NCBI GenBank assembly: GCA_029762535.1
Contig: JARVGK010000033.1
Span: 1 to 35,840 of the forward strand
DNA: 35,840 nucleotides
Reading direction: 5' to 3'
From: Thermoplasmatota archaeon
Lineage (GTDB): Archaea; Thermoplasmatota; Penumbrarchaeia; Penumbrarchaeales; Penumbrarchaeaceae
Each line of letters begins with the position of its first letter. Within the stretch, counting starts at the first letter, position 1. The notes under the pieces are model-generated. The model did no database searches. It was not told the origin of the DNA and worked only from the letters and a program-made list of their open reading frames with translations. Below, piece after piece: positions 25,631 to 35,123 of the stretch. Made by a program: the position numbers and the translations under genes.

Positions 25631-25914
25631 CGTTCGGACCGTCGGAGGTGCTCCTCATAGGCGCAGGGGTCCTGTCCCTGGGAATACTGATCTCCCTCTT
25701 CAGGATACTTCTGGGCCCCACTTCGGCCGACAGGGTGGTCGCCATGGATACGATCAACACCCTTGTGGTGGGCCTGATGATAGCCCTGGGGGCCTTCTAC
25801 CGACAGGTCGTGTTCATCGACATAGCCATTGTCTATGCCATATTGTCGTTCGTCACCACCATATTCATAGCAAGGTACATGGAACAATCAAGGGAGAAAG
25901 GGGGGAGCGATTAG
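25627..25914 (+). CDS. mbhB: Mbh/Mrp subunit, MnhF family
   Basis: R...GPT.ADRVVA.D, DIA.VYA.LSF..T...ARY. ATGA overlap with mbhA. Confidence 0.9.
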   Translation: MTFGPSEVLLIGAGVLSLGILISLFRILLGPTSADRVVAMDTINTLVVGLMIALGAFYRQVVFIDIAIVYAILSFVTTIFIARYMEQSREKGGSD

Positions 25915-26280
25915 ATGGACGCGATAACGATAGCGATGATCGTTCTGATAGCCATCTCGGCTATCTTCGTACTTCTGGGCGCAATTGGCCTTCATAGGTT
26001 CCCCGATGTATATACGAGGCTGCACGCGGCGACCAAGGCCACGACCTTTGGGACCATCTTCCTCGCCGTGGCCGTAATAGCCCATGGCGTATACTCGTAC
26101 ACGAAGGCAGGTGCGCCGGACCAGCCGGCATACATAGTGCTCGTTGCCCACACGATAGTTGCACTGATAATGCTGTTATTGACCAACCCGACCGGAGCCC
26201 ATGCCATAGCCAGAGCGGCAAGGAGATCGGGCATAGAGCCGGAGAGGGCGGTCATAGACGATACCAGGGAGGTGAGATAG
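25915..26280 (+). CDS. mbhC: Mbh/Mrp subunit, MnhG family
   Basis: G.IGL.RFPDVYTRLHAATK..T.G and T.P.GAHAIARAA. Confidence 0.9.
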   Translation: MDAITIAMIVLIAISAIFVLLGAIGLHRFPDVYTRLHAATKATTFGTIFLAVAVIAHGVYSYTKAGAPDQPAYIVLVAHTIVALIMLLLTNPTGAHAIARAARRSGIEPERAVIDDTREVR

Positions 26281-26541
26281 TTGGATTGGAGCCTGCTCTA
26301 CGATGCCATCCATGTCGTTATCCTTCTCGGGATAGTCGCCGCCTCCGTTCTCGTGGTCCGAATGAAGGACCTCGTTTCAGCGGCGGTCGCTTTGGCCGCG
26401 GCGAGCCTTCTGCTATCGCTCGAGTTCTTCATACTCCAGGCTCCGGACGTGGCCATAGCCGAGGCCGCGGTCGGGGCCGGACTGACCACTGCGATATACA
26501 TCTTCGCCATCAAGGGGACGAGAAGGAGGGAGGAGTATTGA
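26281..26541 (+). CDS. mbhD: Mbh subunit D (DUF4040, MrpA C-terminal-like)
   Basis: L.APDVAIAEAAVGAG; TTG start after GGAGGTGA. Confidence 0.88.
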   Translation: MDWSLLYDAIHVVILLGIVAASVLVVRMKDLVSAAVALAAASLLLSLEFFILQAPDVAIAEAAVGAGLTTAIYIFAIKGTRRREEY

Positions 26542-26894
26542 TCAACAACGGCGTGAAACTGCTGTTCCTGCTTCTGCTCGTCAGCGGGCTCTCCTTCATG
26601 GCCTGGGGCATCAGGGACTTCGGCGAACCGGACGGAGAGGTATCGATGTACGATGAGACCTCGGGCGAGACCTACAAGGTGAAAAGGACGGCGATGGACG
26701 ATCATTTCATCGAAAGCTCCCAGTCCAAGGAAACATCCACGAACAATGCCGTGACGGCGATCGTCTTCGATTACAGGGGTTTCGATACCCTCGGCGAGGC
26801 GACGGTGCTGTTCGCCGCCGTTACCGGCGTGCTGGTGAGCATACGGCACGCGTTAAAGAGCAGGTCCAAACCCAAAGGGGGTGTTAAAAGATGA
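26538..26894 (+). CDS. mbhE: Mbh subunit E
   Basis: N.VTAIVFDYRGFDTLGEATVLF. Start corrected to TTG 26538, overlapping the mbhD stop. Confidence 0.88.
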   Translation: MINNGVKLLFLLLLVSGLSFMAWGIRDFGEPDGEVSMYDETSGETYKVKRTAMDDHFIESSQSKETSTNNAVTAIVFDYRGFDTLGEATVLFAAVTGVLVSIRHALKSRSKPKGGVKR

Positions 26895-27370
26895 AGGCCA
26901 TGTCGCCTATCGTCAGGACGATGACCGGGCTTCTTTTCGCCCCAATATTCCTCTTCGGAGCATACATCATTCTGCACGGGCATCTTACCCCGGGTGGAGG
27001 GTTCCAGGGAGGCGCCATCATCGCAACCGGAATGGCCCTCTTCCTGGTGGCGTTCGGGTCCGAGAGGTGGAGGAAGAAGCTGCTCTCGATACTCGAGAGC
27101 ACAGGACTGATGGCATTCGTGTCCATCGGGTTCCTGGGAATAGTCGGAGGGCTGTTCCTGTACAACTTCCTCGCGGGCACCGGGAGTCCGATCTTCGGCC
27201 AGGAGATAGCGGGTATGGCCGGATACGCCCATCCCAACTCGGCCCCCCTCCTCTCGAGCGGGACAGTGGCCCTCCTCAACATGTTCGTCGGGCTCGAGGT
27301 GGTCTCCGGCCTGACGCTCATAGTGGTGACCCTCGGGCTCTTCGCCTTCTCTGGAAAGGAGGATGATTGA
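26891..27370 (+). CDS. mbhF: Mbh/Mrp subunit, MnhB family
   Basis: HGHLTPGGGFQGG; SG....LN..VGL.V. Confidence 0.9.
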   Translation: MKAMSPIVRTMTGLLFAPIFLFGAYIILHGHLTPGGGFQGGAIIATGMALFLVAFGSERWRKKLLSILESTGLMAFVSIGFLGIVGGLFLYNFLAGTGSPIFGQEIAGMAGYAHPNSAPLLSSGTVALLNMFVGLEVVSGLTLIVVTLGLFAFSGKEDD

Positions 27371-27728
27371 CATGATGGGAGAGCTTCCTTACCTGGCAGT
27401 GGTCGCCCTGATCGGGATCGGCCTGTATATCACCCTCTTCAAGAAGAACCTTATTAAGCTCGCGATGGGGATCACCCTGATAGAGTCCGGTGTGAACCTG
27501 TTCCTTATCTCCCTGGCGTTCAGAGCGGGCGATGAGATGGCGGCCCCGGTATTCACCCTGCAGCTTCTGGGGGACAAGACCTATTCACTGCCCACACCCC
27601 ATGCCTTGACGCTGACGTCCATCGTAATAGGCGTCGCAACCACGGCCCTGCTCCTTGCTTTCATCATGCAGGTTCACAGGAAGCATGGTATCACCACCAC
27701 CGAGGACCTCAGGAGGTTGAAGGGATGA
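27363..27728 (+). CDS. mbhG: Mbh/Mrp subunit, MnhC family
   Basis: NLIK...G......GVNLFL and P.PHAL.LT.IVIG. Confidence 0.9.
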   Translation: MIDMMGELPYLAVVALIGIGLYITLFKKNLIKLAMGITLIESGVNLFLISLAFRAGDEMAAPVFTLQLLGDKTYSLPTPHALTLTSIVIGVATTALLLAFIMQVHRKHGITTTEDLRRLKG

Positions 27729-29647
27729 GCTTCTACGACTCCTTCATAGAGACCGCTCCAGCCCTCCTTGTGGCCATACCTCTTCTCGTGGCCTTCATGA
27801 CGCCGATCATGTCCAAGATCTCATCGAGCCTCCGGAAGGTGTGGAACATCCTGGGGATACTAATCGTATCCGCGGTGATGCTCGTGCTTGGTTTCGAGGT
27901 CCTATCCGGCGGAGGGGCGGTCTCCTCGGTTTACGTCTTCGGTGGCAGGGAGGGATCCCTTTTCCCGCTCGCCGGAGGGAACATCGCCCGAATATCGTTC
28001 TACGTTGACGGGATGTCCGCATTCATGGGCCTTTTGATGACCGTCGTCGCCTTCGGCTCCTTGATATACTCCCTGTCCTTCATGAAGAGATACACGGGGC
28101 TTGACAAGTACTACACGCTTTTATTCCTGATGTTAGCGGCCAACCTCGGCATGGTCTTCACCGGCGACCTGTTCAACCTGTTCGTATGGTTCGAGATCTC
28201 CTCGGTCGCGATATGCGCCCTGACAGCGTTCAGGACGGAGAGGGGCGAGTCCTTCGAAGGCGCGATAAAATACCTGGTCTATTCCACCATAGCTGGCCTG
28301 GTCCTGCTGTTCGCAATTGGCATTCTCTACGGGCAGTATGGCCATCTCAACATCGTCTATCTCTCCAAAGCCATAGGCGGACACTCCGAGATGCTCGTCA
28401 TGGACAAGCTGGTCCTCGGCATCCTCGTCACCGTTTTCGCCCTCAAAGCGGGTTCCGTACCCATGCACATGGCGACCCCTGACGCGTATTCCGAGGCCCC
28501 GGCGCCAATCACAGCGATGATGGTGACCGCCTCCCAGGCCGGGCTCTACGCCCTGTTCAGGAGCGTGTTCACGTTGTACGGGGCCAACATCCAGATAACG
28601 CAGGCCACGGTCCACACGGCCGGATGGGTCGTTGTCATACTCGGGATATTGGCCATGTTCGTGGGTGTCACCATGGCGCTCGTACAGAAGGACATCAAGC
28701 GCCTCATGGCCTATCACGCCATATCCCAGACGGGATACATGCTCCTGGGGGTCGGGGTAGGTATGGCCGTCTACAACACCCCCGAGTTCCTGGAGTTCGG
28801 CAGGGTCGCAATGAGCGGGGGGATATTCCACATATTCAACCACGCCCTCTACAAGGGACTGCTGTTCCTTACTGCGGGCGCGATCATATACAAGGCCGGT
28901 ACCAGGGACCTCAACAAGATGGGCGGCCTGGGAAGGGAAATGTGGCTCACGGCCATATTCTTCGTCATCGGCGCCCTGGCGATCTCGGGCGTCCCGCCGA
29001 TGAACGGTTTCTCATCGAAGCTGCTCATATACGAATCGGTCTTCAAGTTCAACCCGATAATTGGCGCCATCGCCATGTTGGTGTCCCTTTTGACCCTGGC
29101 ATCCTTCGTGAAAGTGTTCTACTCCGCCTTCATGGGTCCGAGGAACAAGGAGATGAAGAGAGGTGAGGTCCCGACGACCATGCTTTTGGGCATGGCCCTT
29201 CTGGGAAGCGTGATCCTCGTTTTCTCGCTCTTACCAGGTCTGGTGGTAAGGACCCTGGTGGATCCGGCCGTGAACGCATTGACAGGCATAGAGGGAACCA
29301 CCGGTACGTCCCTCACATTATTCACGGGTGAAGGGTCCTGGAACGCCATCGTCCTTCTGGGGGCCTTCGCAGTCGCGTTGGTCGTCGGCCTTCTCATCAG
29401 GTCCATGGGCCACAAGGGGACCACTCCAAAGGGCGAGGGGGCCAAACCCTATCTCTTTGGAAACCCCACGGAGGTGGATGGAAAGCCTCTGACGGTCACG
29501 GGCAGCAACCTCTACTGGGGATTCACAAAGGCGCTCTCCCGCTATTACCGCCCAACGGAAGGAGCACATTCCGGACTGCTGAACGAATACATATTCTATC
29601 TGATCGCATCGATGGTGATCGTTATGGCCGTGATGGTGTTCCTGTGA
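27725..29647 (+). CDS. mbhH: Proton-pumping MnhD-like subunit MbhH fused to an MbhI-like C-terminal module
   Basis: TGDLFNLFVWFE, K.G..P.H...PDAY..AP, QKD.KR..AY, H..NHA..K.LLFL, SGVPP.NGF.SK. The extra ~110 aa (W..TM..K.Y..G...SN.YWG...HSGLL.EY..Y) resembles MbhI. Confidence 0.88.
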   Translation: MSFYDSFIETAPALLVAIPLLVAFMTPIMSKISSSLRKVWNILGILIVSAVMLVLGFEVLSGGGAVSSVYVFGGREGSLFPLAGGNIARISFYVDGMSAFMGLLMTVVAFGSLIYSLSFMKRYTGLDKYYTLLFLMLAANLGMVFTGDLFNLFVWFEISSVAICALTAFRTERGESFEGAIKYLVYSTIAGLVLLFAIGILYGQYGHLNIVYLSKAIGGHSEMLVMDKLVLGILVTVFALKAGSVPMHMATPDAYSEAPAPITAMMVTASQAGLYALFRSVFTLYGANIQITQATVHTAGWVVVILGILAMFVGVTMALVQKDIKRLMAYHAISQTGYMLLGVGVGMAVYNTPEFLEFGRVAMSGGIFHIFNHALYKGLLFLTAGAIIYKAGTRDLNKMGGLGREMWLTAIFFVIGALAISGVPPMNGFSSKLLIYESVFKFNPIIGAIAMLVSLLTLASFVKVFYSAFMGPRNKEMKRGEVPTTMLLGMALLGSVILVFSLLPGLVVRTLVDPAVNALTGIEGTTGTSLTLFTGEGSWNAIVLLGAFAVALVVGLLIRSMGHKGTTPKGEGAKPYLFGNPTEVDGKPLTVTGSNLYWGFTKALSRYYRPTEGAHSGLLNEYIFYLIASMVIVMAVMVFL

Positions 29648-29653
29648 GGTGAT

Positions 29654-30106
29654 ATGATGAAGCTCACTAAATCCTTCGACAAGAGCCTTTGGGTCTTCCA
29701 TGTGAACGCCGCGTCCTGCAACGGCTGCGACATCGAGATCGTGGCCGCCCTGACGCCGAGATACGATGTCGAGCGCTTCGGGATCAAATTGGTCGGGACG
29801 CCGAGGCACGCCGACGTCCTGCTCGTGACCGGGCCCGTGAACAGGCAGATGGCGGACCGGGTGAGGCGGGTATATGAGCAGACGCCGGGGCCCAAGGCGG
29901 TCCTGATCTGCGGCAACTGCGGGGCGACATCCGGCGTCTATTATGACTCCTACTGCATAGAGGGGCCCTTCGACGAGTTCATCAAGAAGGTGGATCCCAA
30001 CGCCATAATCGTATACGTTCCGGGATGCCCGGTCAGGCCAGAGGCGATCACGTTCGGAGTGGTGCAGGCATGGAAGGCCTTGGAAAAGCTCAGGGGGGAG
30101 GCATGA
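29654..30106 (+). CDS. mbhJ: Mbh hydrogenase small subunit (NuoB-like)
   Basis: SCNGCDIE, PRHADVLLVTG, GNC...G, YVPGCP.RPEAI. Confidence 0.92.
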   Translation: MMKLTKSFDKSLWVFHVNAASCNGCDIEIVAALTPRYDVERFGIKLVGTPRHADVLLVTGPVNRQMADRVRRVYEQTPGPKAVLICGNCGATSGVYYDSYCIEGPFDEFIKKVDPNAIIVYVPGCPVRPEAITFGVVQAWKALEKLRGEA

Positions 30107-30723
30107 TGAAATACAAGTCCGGTGATGAGATCGCAGCGTCCTTCAGGAACCGGTTCAAGGGCCATCTCATTGAGGACCCGTACGTCAAGACCTTCAGGAA
30201 CGGGGTCAAGAAAACGGCATACTCACAGGTCTTCGTTCGAGTGAAGCGGGAGAGGTTCCAGGATGCCGCCAGGCATCTGAAGACCTTTGACGGGCCGCAT
30301 CATACGGTGGCGTCCGGGTCGGACCTGGGGGACGAGATCGAGGTCCTTTTCCATTTCGAGGTCTATTCCGCCTCTCACGGTCACGGGGTCGTCGTGACGA
30401 TCGGGACGAGATGCCCCAAGGATGACCCGCACATACCCAGCCTCTCCGACATATATCCGTCCGTCACCCCGACCGAGAGGGAGAAACAGGAGTTCCTGGG
30501 CGTGGCGATCGACGGCATCAAGGACAACAGGAGGCTGTTCCTGACCCACGCTGTGCCCGTGGGCGTCTATCCCTGGAGGAAGGACGAGTTCGGCCCCGAG
30601 AAGTTGGTCCGCCAAGTCCACAAGGACCCCTCCGGCGGCGGCGACGGTACCAGGGTGATAGCCGATCACTCCCCCTTCCCGCCCGGAGGACCGCCCGTGA
30701 AGAGGAAAGGAGGTGACGCCTGA
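30103..30723 (+). CDS. mbhK: Mbh subunit K (NuoC-like)
   Basis: D.G..IE..FHF, P.IPS...IYP....ERE..E..G..I.G. Start corrected to ATG 30103 after GGGGAGG. Confidence 0.88.
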   Translation: MMKYKSGDEIAASFRNRFKGHLIEDPYVKTFRNGVKKTAYSQVFVRVKRERFQDAARHLKTFDGPHHTVASGSDLGDEIEVLFHFEVYSASHGHGVVVTIGTRCPKDDPHIPSLSDIYPSVTPTEREKQEFLGVAIDGIKDNRRLFLTHAVPVGVYPWRKDEFGPEKLVRQVHKDPSGGGDGTRVIADHSPFPPGGPPVKRKGGDA

Positions 30724-31955
30724 TGGCCGAAGCCCCGCCATATCCGCTCAACATCGGGCCGATACATCCGGCCCTCAAGGAGCCGACCCAGTTCAAGTTC
30801 GTCATCGACGGTGAGCATATAAGGGAGACCGACTTCCAGCCAGGTTTCAACCACCGGGGCGTCGAGTACCTCGGAATGAAGAGAAACCCCCTGCAGGTGC
30901 TCCATCTTGCGGAGAGGGTCTGTGGGATCTGCTCCGCCGCGCACCAGTACGTCTTCTGCAGGGCTGTTGAGCATGCCGCGGACATAGTGCCAACGGAGAG
31001 AGGGGACTATCTCAGGGCCATAGTGGCGGAGCTCGAGAGGATACACTCGCACCTACTATGGGCCGGCGTAGCGGGGCATGAGCTGGGGTTCGACTCGATA
31101 CTGCATTACACATGGAAGGTCAGGGAGGACGTCCAGGACATACTGGAGATCCTCTGCGGGAACCGGGTCAATTACGCGTATTATATCTTCGGCGGCGTGA
31201 GGAGGGACATATCCAAGGAGGATATCGCCAAATGCAGGAAGATCCTCTCGAATTACAGGAAGATAGAGGATACCGTCCTCTCGATATTCTTCTCGGACCC
31301 CACCATAATACACCGGACCAAGGACGTCGGCGTCCTCACTCATGAGAACGCCGTCAAGCTGTGTGCCTGCGGACCTCTCACAAGAGGTGCCGGGGTAAAG
31401 AAGGACATAAGGTTCGACTGGCCCCACGGAGCCTACGGCGACATGATGGACGATTTCAAGGTCGTCACCCCGGAGACGATGGGCTATCACGCGACGGGGG
31501 ACGTGTTCTCCCAGATCGTAGTGAGGATCGGGGAGCTCTTCGAATCGGTCAGGATGACCGAATGGTTGCTCGACAATATGCCTTCGGGCCCCATAACGTC
31601 GGAGCCCAACCTGTCCGCCCTCCTCATGGCAAAGCTCAGGATGGCCGAGGGCGAGGGCGTCGCCAGGGTGGAGGCTCCCAGGGGCGAGGACATACACTAT
31701 GTCAGGCTCAAGAAGAACAAGATGGAGATCGACTCATGGAAGATAAGGGTCCCAACATACGGCAATATCATGTCATGGCTGACGATGTTCAAGGACCAGC
31801 AGATAGCTGACATCCCCATAATAATCGCATCGATCGATCCGTGCATCGGCTGCATGGACAGGGTCACATTGGTCAGGGACGGATCGCAGGCCGAGGTGGA
31901 CTGGAAGGTCCTGCATGATATGTCCATCGAGAAGAGCAGGAGGCTGATGAGATGA
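30723..31955 (+). CDS. mbhL: Mbh NiFe catalytic large subunit (group 4)
   Basis: GP.HPAL.EP, HRG.E, ERVCGIC, EAPRGE, DPCIGCMDR plus C-terminal extension. All four Ni-Fe Cys ligands are present. Confidence 0.93.
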   Translation: MAEAPPYPLNIGPIHPALKEPTQFKFVIDGEHIRETDFQPGFNHRGVEYLGMKRNPLQVLHLAERVCGICSAAHQYVFCRAVEHAADIVPTERGDYLRAIVAELERIHSHLLWAGVAGHELGFDSILHYTWKVREDVQDILEILCGNRVNYAYYIFGGVRRDISKEDIAKCRKILSNYRKIEDTVLSIFFSDPTIIHRTKDVGVLTHENAVKLCACGPLTRGAGVKKDIRFDWPHGAYGDMMDDFKVVTPETMGYHATGDVFSQIVVRIGELFESVRMTEWLLDNMPSGPITSEPNLSALLMAKLRMAEGEGVARVEAPRGEDIHYVRLKKNKMEIDSWKIRVPTYGNIMSWLTMFKDQQIADIPIIIASIDPCIGCMDRVTLVRDGSQAEVDWKVLHDMSIEKSRRLMR

Positions 31956-32971
31956 ACGAGGCTCTGGAGGCCGTCATAAGGCTCGGGATAGGTGCCGGTG
32001 TTATAATGATCGCTCTCTGGCTGTCCCTCGTTCTGAAGGGGTTTGACAGGAAGTTCGCCGCATGGCTGCAGGCCAGGTACGGGCCGCCGCTGCGGCAGCC
32101 TTTCTGGGACGTGTTCAAGCTGTTCCAGAAGGAGAACGTCGTTCCGGAGCGCGCCGTGTCATGGGCGTTCAACGGTGCCCCGTTGATGGCCCTGGTGGGC
32201 TCGCTGGTCCTCGTCATGTTCATCCCCTTGGGCCCGGTGGGCGGAGTCGTGGCCGGGTGGATGCCGGTCCTTGAGGGCTACGGCGACCTCATCCTAGTCG
32301 TTTATCTTCTGGCCATACCCGGACTGATGATGGCCATCGGAGGTTTCGCTTCCGGATCCCCTCTCGCAACCGTTGGAGCGCAGAGGGAGATGGTCATGAT
32401 GATGTCCTACGAGTTCCCTCTCGCCATAGTCGTTCTCGCCCTGGCATGGAGGATCACGAACCTCTCAAGGGGCCTGGAGAGCTTCAGTTTGAAGGCGATC
32501 GTGGAGAACCCCCTCTGGGGCGAGGTCGGGATCCTGGGCATCGTGGGGCTCGCACTTCTCTTCGGGGTATTCTTCCTCATCATCCCCTCGGAGCTCTCGA
32601 AGATCCCCTTCGATGCTCCCGAGGCCGAGACGGAGATAGGCGGCGGTATAATCGCGGAGTACAGCGGGACCAACCTGGGTTTGTTCTACATCGCGGATGC
32701 GGTCAAGACGCTGGCATTCCTCTCCCTTGCGGTGGCCCTCTTCGTTCCATACAATATTTCCCCGCTGCTGAACGTTGGGGGAATAGGGGCCTATGTGCTG
32801 GACCTGCTCTTCTGGCTTTTTAAGGTCGAAGTGCTCTACTTCCTGGCCGTCACCGTCATACGGGTGGGAGCGGCCAGGCTGAAGATCGACAAGCTTTCCT
32901 GGCTCTATCTCGTGCCCTTGAGCGCCCTGGCAGTGGTGGGATCCCTGCTCTTGTATCTGGATACTCTATGA
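31952..32971 (+). CDS. mbhM: Mbh subunit M (NuoH-like)
   Basis: DRK..A..Q.R.GPP..QP..D..KL..KE and PFD.PEAE.EI.GG...EYSG. Confidence 0.92.
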   Translation: MNEALEAVIRLGIGAGVIMIALWLSLVLKGFDRKFAAWLQARYGPPLRQPFWDVFKLFQKENVVPERAVSWAFNGAPLMALVGSLVLVMFIPLGPVGGVVAGWMPVLEGYGDLILVVYLLAIPGLMMAIGGFASGSPLATVGAQREMVMMMSYEFPLAIVVLALAWRITNLSRGLESFSLKAIVENPLWGEVGILGIVGLALLFGVFFLIIPSELSKIPFDAPEAETEIGGGIIAEYSGTNLGLFYIADAVKTLAFLSLAVALFVPYNISPLLNVGGIGAYVLDLLFWLFKVEVLYFLAVTVIRVGAARLKIDKLSWLYLVPLSALAVVGSLLLYLDTL

Positions 32972-32980
32972 GGTGATGAC

Positions 32981-33475
32981 ATGGTGACGCACGCTTTCAT
33001 CGAGCTGTTGAAACAGTTCTTCTCGGACCCCGCGACTAACCTGTTCCCGGTGCCCTATGCGCCCCAGAACGTGCACAAAGCGCTCAAGGCCATAGACTCG
33101 GGGAAGGTCAAGATGATATCTCCCGTTGAGGTCCCTGATGGATTCAGGGGCAAGATCCTCTACGATAGGGAGGCATGCATCGGATGCCAGATGTGCCTCA
33201 AGGTTTGCCCCTCGGAGACGATCGAGTTCGTTCCCGAGGGCAGAAAGGTCAAGTTCTACATGTCCAGGTGCACTTTCTGCGCCCTGTGCACGGAGATCTG
33301 CCCGAAGAAGTGCATAAAGATGTCCAAGGATTTCCTGATGGCGAACACCGACAAGTACGGTCCGGACATGATAGTTCTTGATTCCGGAAAGTTCGTCCAG
33401 GAAGAGAAGAAGGAGACACCGAAGCCCGAGAAGGAAACCGACTCTGAGAAGCCTCAGCCCAAAGCGACTGCTTGA
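32981..33475 (+). CDS. mbhN: Mbh subunit N (NuoI-like 2x[4Fe-4S])
   Basis: FRGK, CIGCQMCLKVCP, CTFCALCTEICP. Confidence 0.92.
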   Translation: MVTHAFIELLKQFFSDPATNLFPVPYAPQNVHKALKAIDSGKVKMISPVEVPDGFRGKILYDREACIGCQMCLKVCPSETIEFVPEGRKVKFYMSRCTFCALCTEICPKKCIKMSKDFLMANTDKYGPDMIVLDSGKFVQEEKKETPKPEKETDSEKPQPKATA

Positions 33476-33494
33476 AGGGGTAGTTTTACCTTAT

Positions 33495-34340
33495 CTATCT
33501 GGGTTCCGTAACGACGATCTGCAATATGGTCATGTCCGGATCCGCCCAGAAGAGGATCCCACGGTTTTCATCGATGTATTTGTATGCTTCGATCGTGCCC
33601 GATCCGTCATGTTGTCCGTAGAGGACCCTGTCCCCGCCCTCGGGATGGTTCTCGATCTCCCCTTTCGATAAGTCGATCCTCTTCAAGGGAGGGCCCATTG
33701 TTAAGAACACTTTCTCTAGATCATCCCCGATGGATATCCCTCCCTCGAGGGATCCCTCGAAACCTTCGTTGATGCGGATCTCCATCACTCTCTTGGTTTC
33801 GTTCGAGAACAGGAAGTCGATCCCTCTTCCCTGCCTGTATGAGATCCATATCCAATTTTCCAGGTCGGCCCTTTCGTCAGGCTGGCCGAAGATCTCCATC
33901 ACCTTGTCAAGATCCTCTCCGATCTTCACTTCCTTCAGGCCTTCCCCGGGTATGATGTCGGCTTCATGCTGCTCGCTTTCTCCAAGTATTAAAAAAGAAA
34001 GGACCCCGGCGGCGATGATGAGAAAAATAATGGAAATGCACACAATGGCAATGATAGGGCCGCGTTTCGATACATGGTGAACGGCTTTGGTTCCCCGGCC
34101 ATGTTCCTGAAGCTTGAAATTCGAAGCGACCTCCTCCGGCGGGCCGAAATCGTCCAGTATCCTTTTTATTTCGTCCCCGGATATCGATCCTCGGTCTTTT
34201 TCCGCCTCTACCATATTCAATCTCTCCTGGATATGGCCCTCGATATCGGAAACCATGGCCTTCCTTCTTCGCGGTTCGATATCCGACAGGGAATGATCGA
34301 GCTTCTCCAGATAGGCCTTGATCGATGCATAATGATCCAT
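33495..34340 (-). CDS. HAAS (DUF1700-like) domain membrane protein with extracellular domain
   Basis: YL..L...L......R...V.DI..HI.E.......IL..FG.PEEVA N-terminus, one TM helix, then an extracellular domain with two I.IG.DL.KV...G.P repeats. Coupled to padR. Confidence 0.78.
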   Translation of the reverse strand: MDHYASIKAYLEKLDHSLSDIEPRRRKAMVSDIEGHIQERLNMVEAEKDRGSISGDEIKRILDDFGPPEEVASNFKLQEHGRGTKAVHHVSKRGPIIAIVCISIIFLIIAAGVLSFLILGESEQHEADIIPGEGLKEVKIGEDLDKVMEIFGQPDERADLENWIWISYRQGRGIDFLFSNETKRVMEIRINEGFEGSLEGGISIGDDLEKVFLTMGPPLKRIDLSKGEIENHPEGGDRVLYGQHDGSGTIEAYKYIDENRGILFWADPDMTILQIVVTEPR

Positions 34341-34341
34341 C

Positions 34342-34731
34342 TCATACCTCCTTTATAATAAAGATACTATCAAGCAACTCTTTGAACTCCGACCAGGAGG
34401 ACATACCCGCTTCCAGCGCCATCTCCCCCAGCTTCGTTATGTTGTAGTATTTCCTGGGAGCACCGGTGGGGGATCCATCCAGGTATGAGAGAACGAAGTT
34501 CTGGCTTTCCAAATAATGAAGGATAGGGTAAACGCTCCCCTCCTTGAGGATCAGATTGCTGTTAGTGCTCTTCTTGAGGTCCATTATGATCTTGTAACCG
34601 TATACGGGCTCCAAGCTGTCCTTGATCACCCTCAGGATAAGAAGCGAAACGAGCCCAGACTTCATTTCCCTCTCCAGTTTCCTGAGGAATGCACCTATGT
34701 TCTCATATTGGAAGGAAGCATCATGATCCAA
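34342..34731 (-). CDS. PadR-family transcriptional regulator
   Basis: G...LLIL......YGY.I...L......EG.VYP.L..LE......P.RKYY.IT..G. The start codon is uncertain (TTG 34731). Confidence 0.9.
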   Translation of the reverse strand: MDHDASFQYENIGAFLRKLEREMKSGLVSLLILRVIKDSLEPVYGYKIIMDLKKSTNSNLILKEGSVYPILHYLESQNFVLSYLDGSPTGAPRKYYNITKLGEMALEAGMSSWSEFKELLDSIFIIKEV

Positions 34732-34733
34732 GG

Positions 34734-34770
34734 TATATCAAACCTTGATGTATGTCAATATATATAAAAA
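34734..34770 (-). promoter_or_regulatory. padR promoter with putative PadR operator
   Basis: TATA-like TTTATATA ~30 nt upstream of the start; imperfect inverted repeat TATATCAA-ACC-TTGATGTA (34734-34752) between the TATA box and the start. Confidence 0.5.
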
Positions 34771-34810
34771 TTATTTACGACTAAAATGGTAACGCAATTT
34801 TAACCTGCCT

Positions 34811-35071
34811 TTATTCCTCTATATCCCATACATCGATCCTCTTTCTGGACCTTATCAGCAGGATCGCAGCGACGATCGCGATCGCCAATATCATACCCGG
34901 GATCGCGAAGTACGCCCATACTATCTTTTCGTCCTTAGCCTCCTCCTCGATCTCGAGGGGAGCGGTTACGGAGATCGAATAGGGACTGATCGAAATGCCT
35001 GAGGATGGGCTTACGGGGAACCCTTCCTGGAGATCTTTATCAACGGAAGGATCCGTATCCATCGTGTTCAT
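34811..35071 (-). CDS. Short C-terminally anchored membrane protein or C-terminal gene remnant
   Basis: TM helix + RSRKR + ...DIEE. No signal peptide; the frame stays open upstream to a stop at 35138-35140 with no earlier start. Confidence 0.45.
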   Translation of the reverse strand: MNTMDTDPSVDKDLQEGFPVSPSSGISISPYSISVTAPLEIEEEAKDEKIVWAYFAIPGMILAIAIVAAILLIRSRKRIDVWDIEE

Positions 35072-35123
35072 GCCGAGGGGATCCCGCTTCGAACTAAGAT
35101 TATACCTGATGTTGACATTGGCA

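Noticed and set aside
25091-33475. Mbx/Mbs (sulfane reductase) or complex I-like non-hydrogenase
   Set aside because: The large subunit has both CxxC Ni-binding motifs (RVCGIC, DPCIGC) and the operon has a single MnhD-like subunit.
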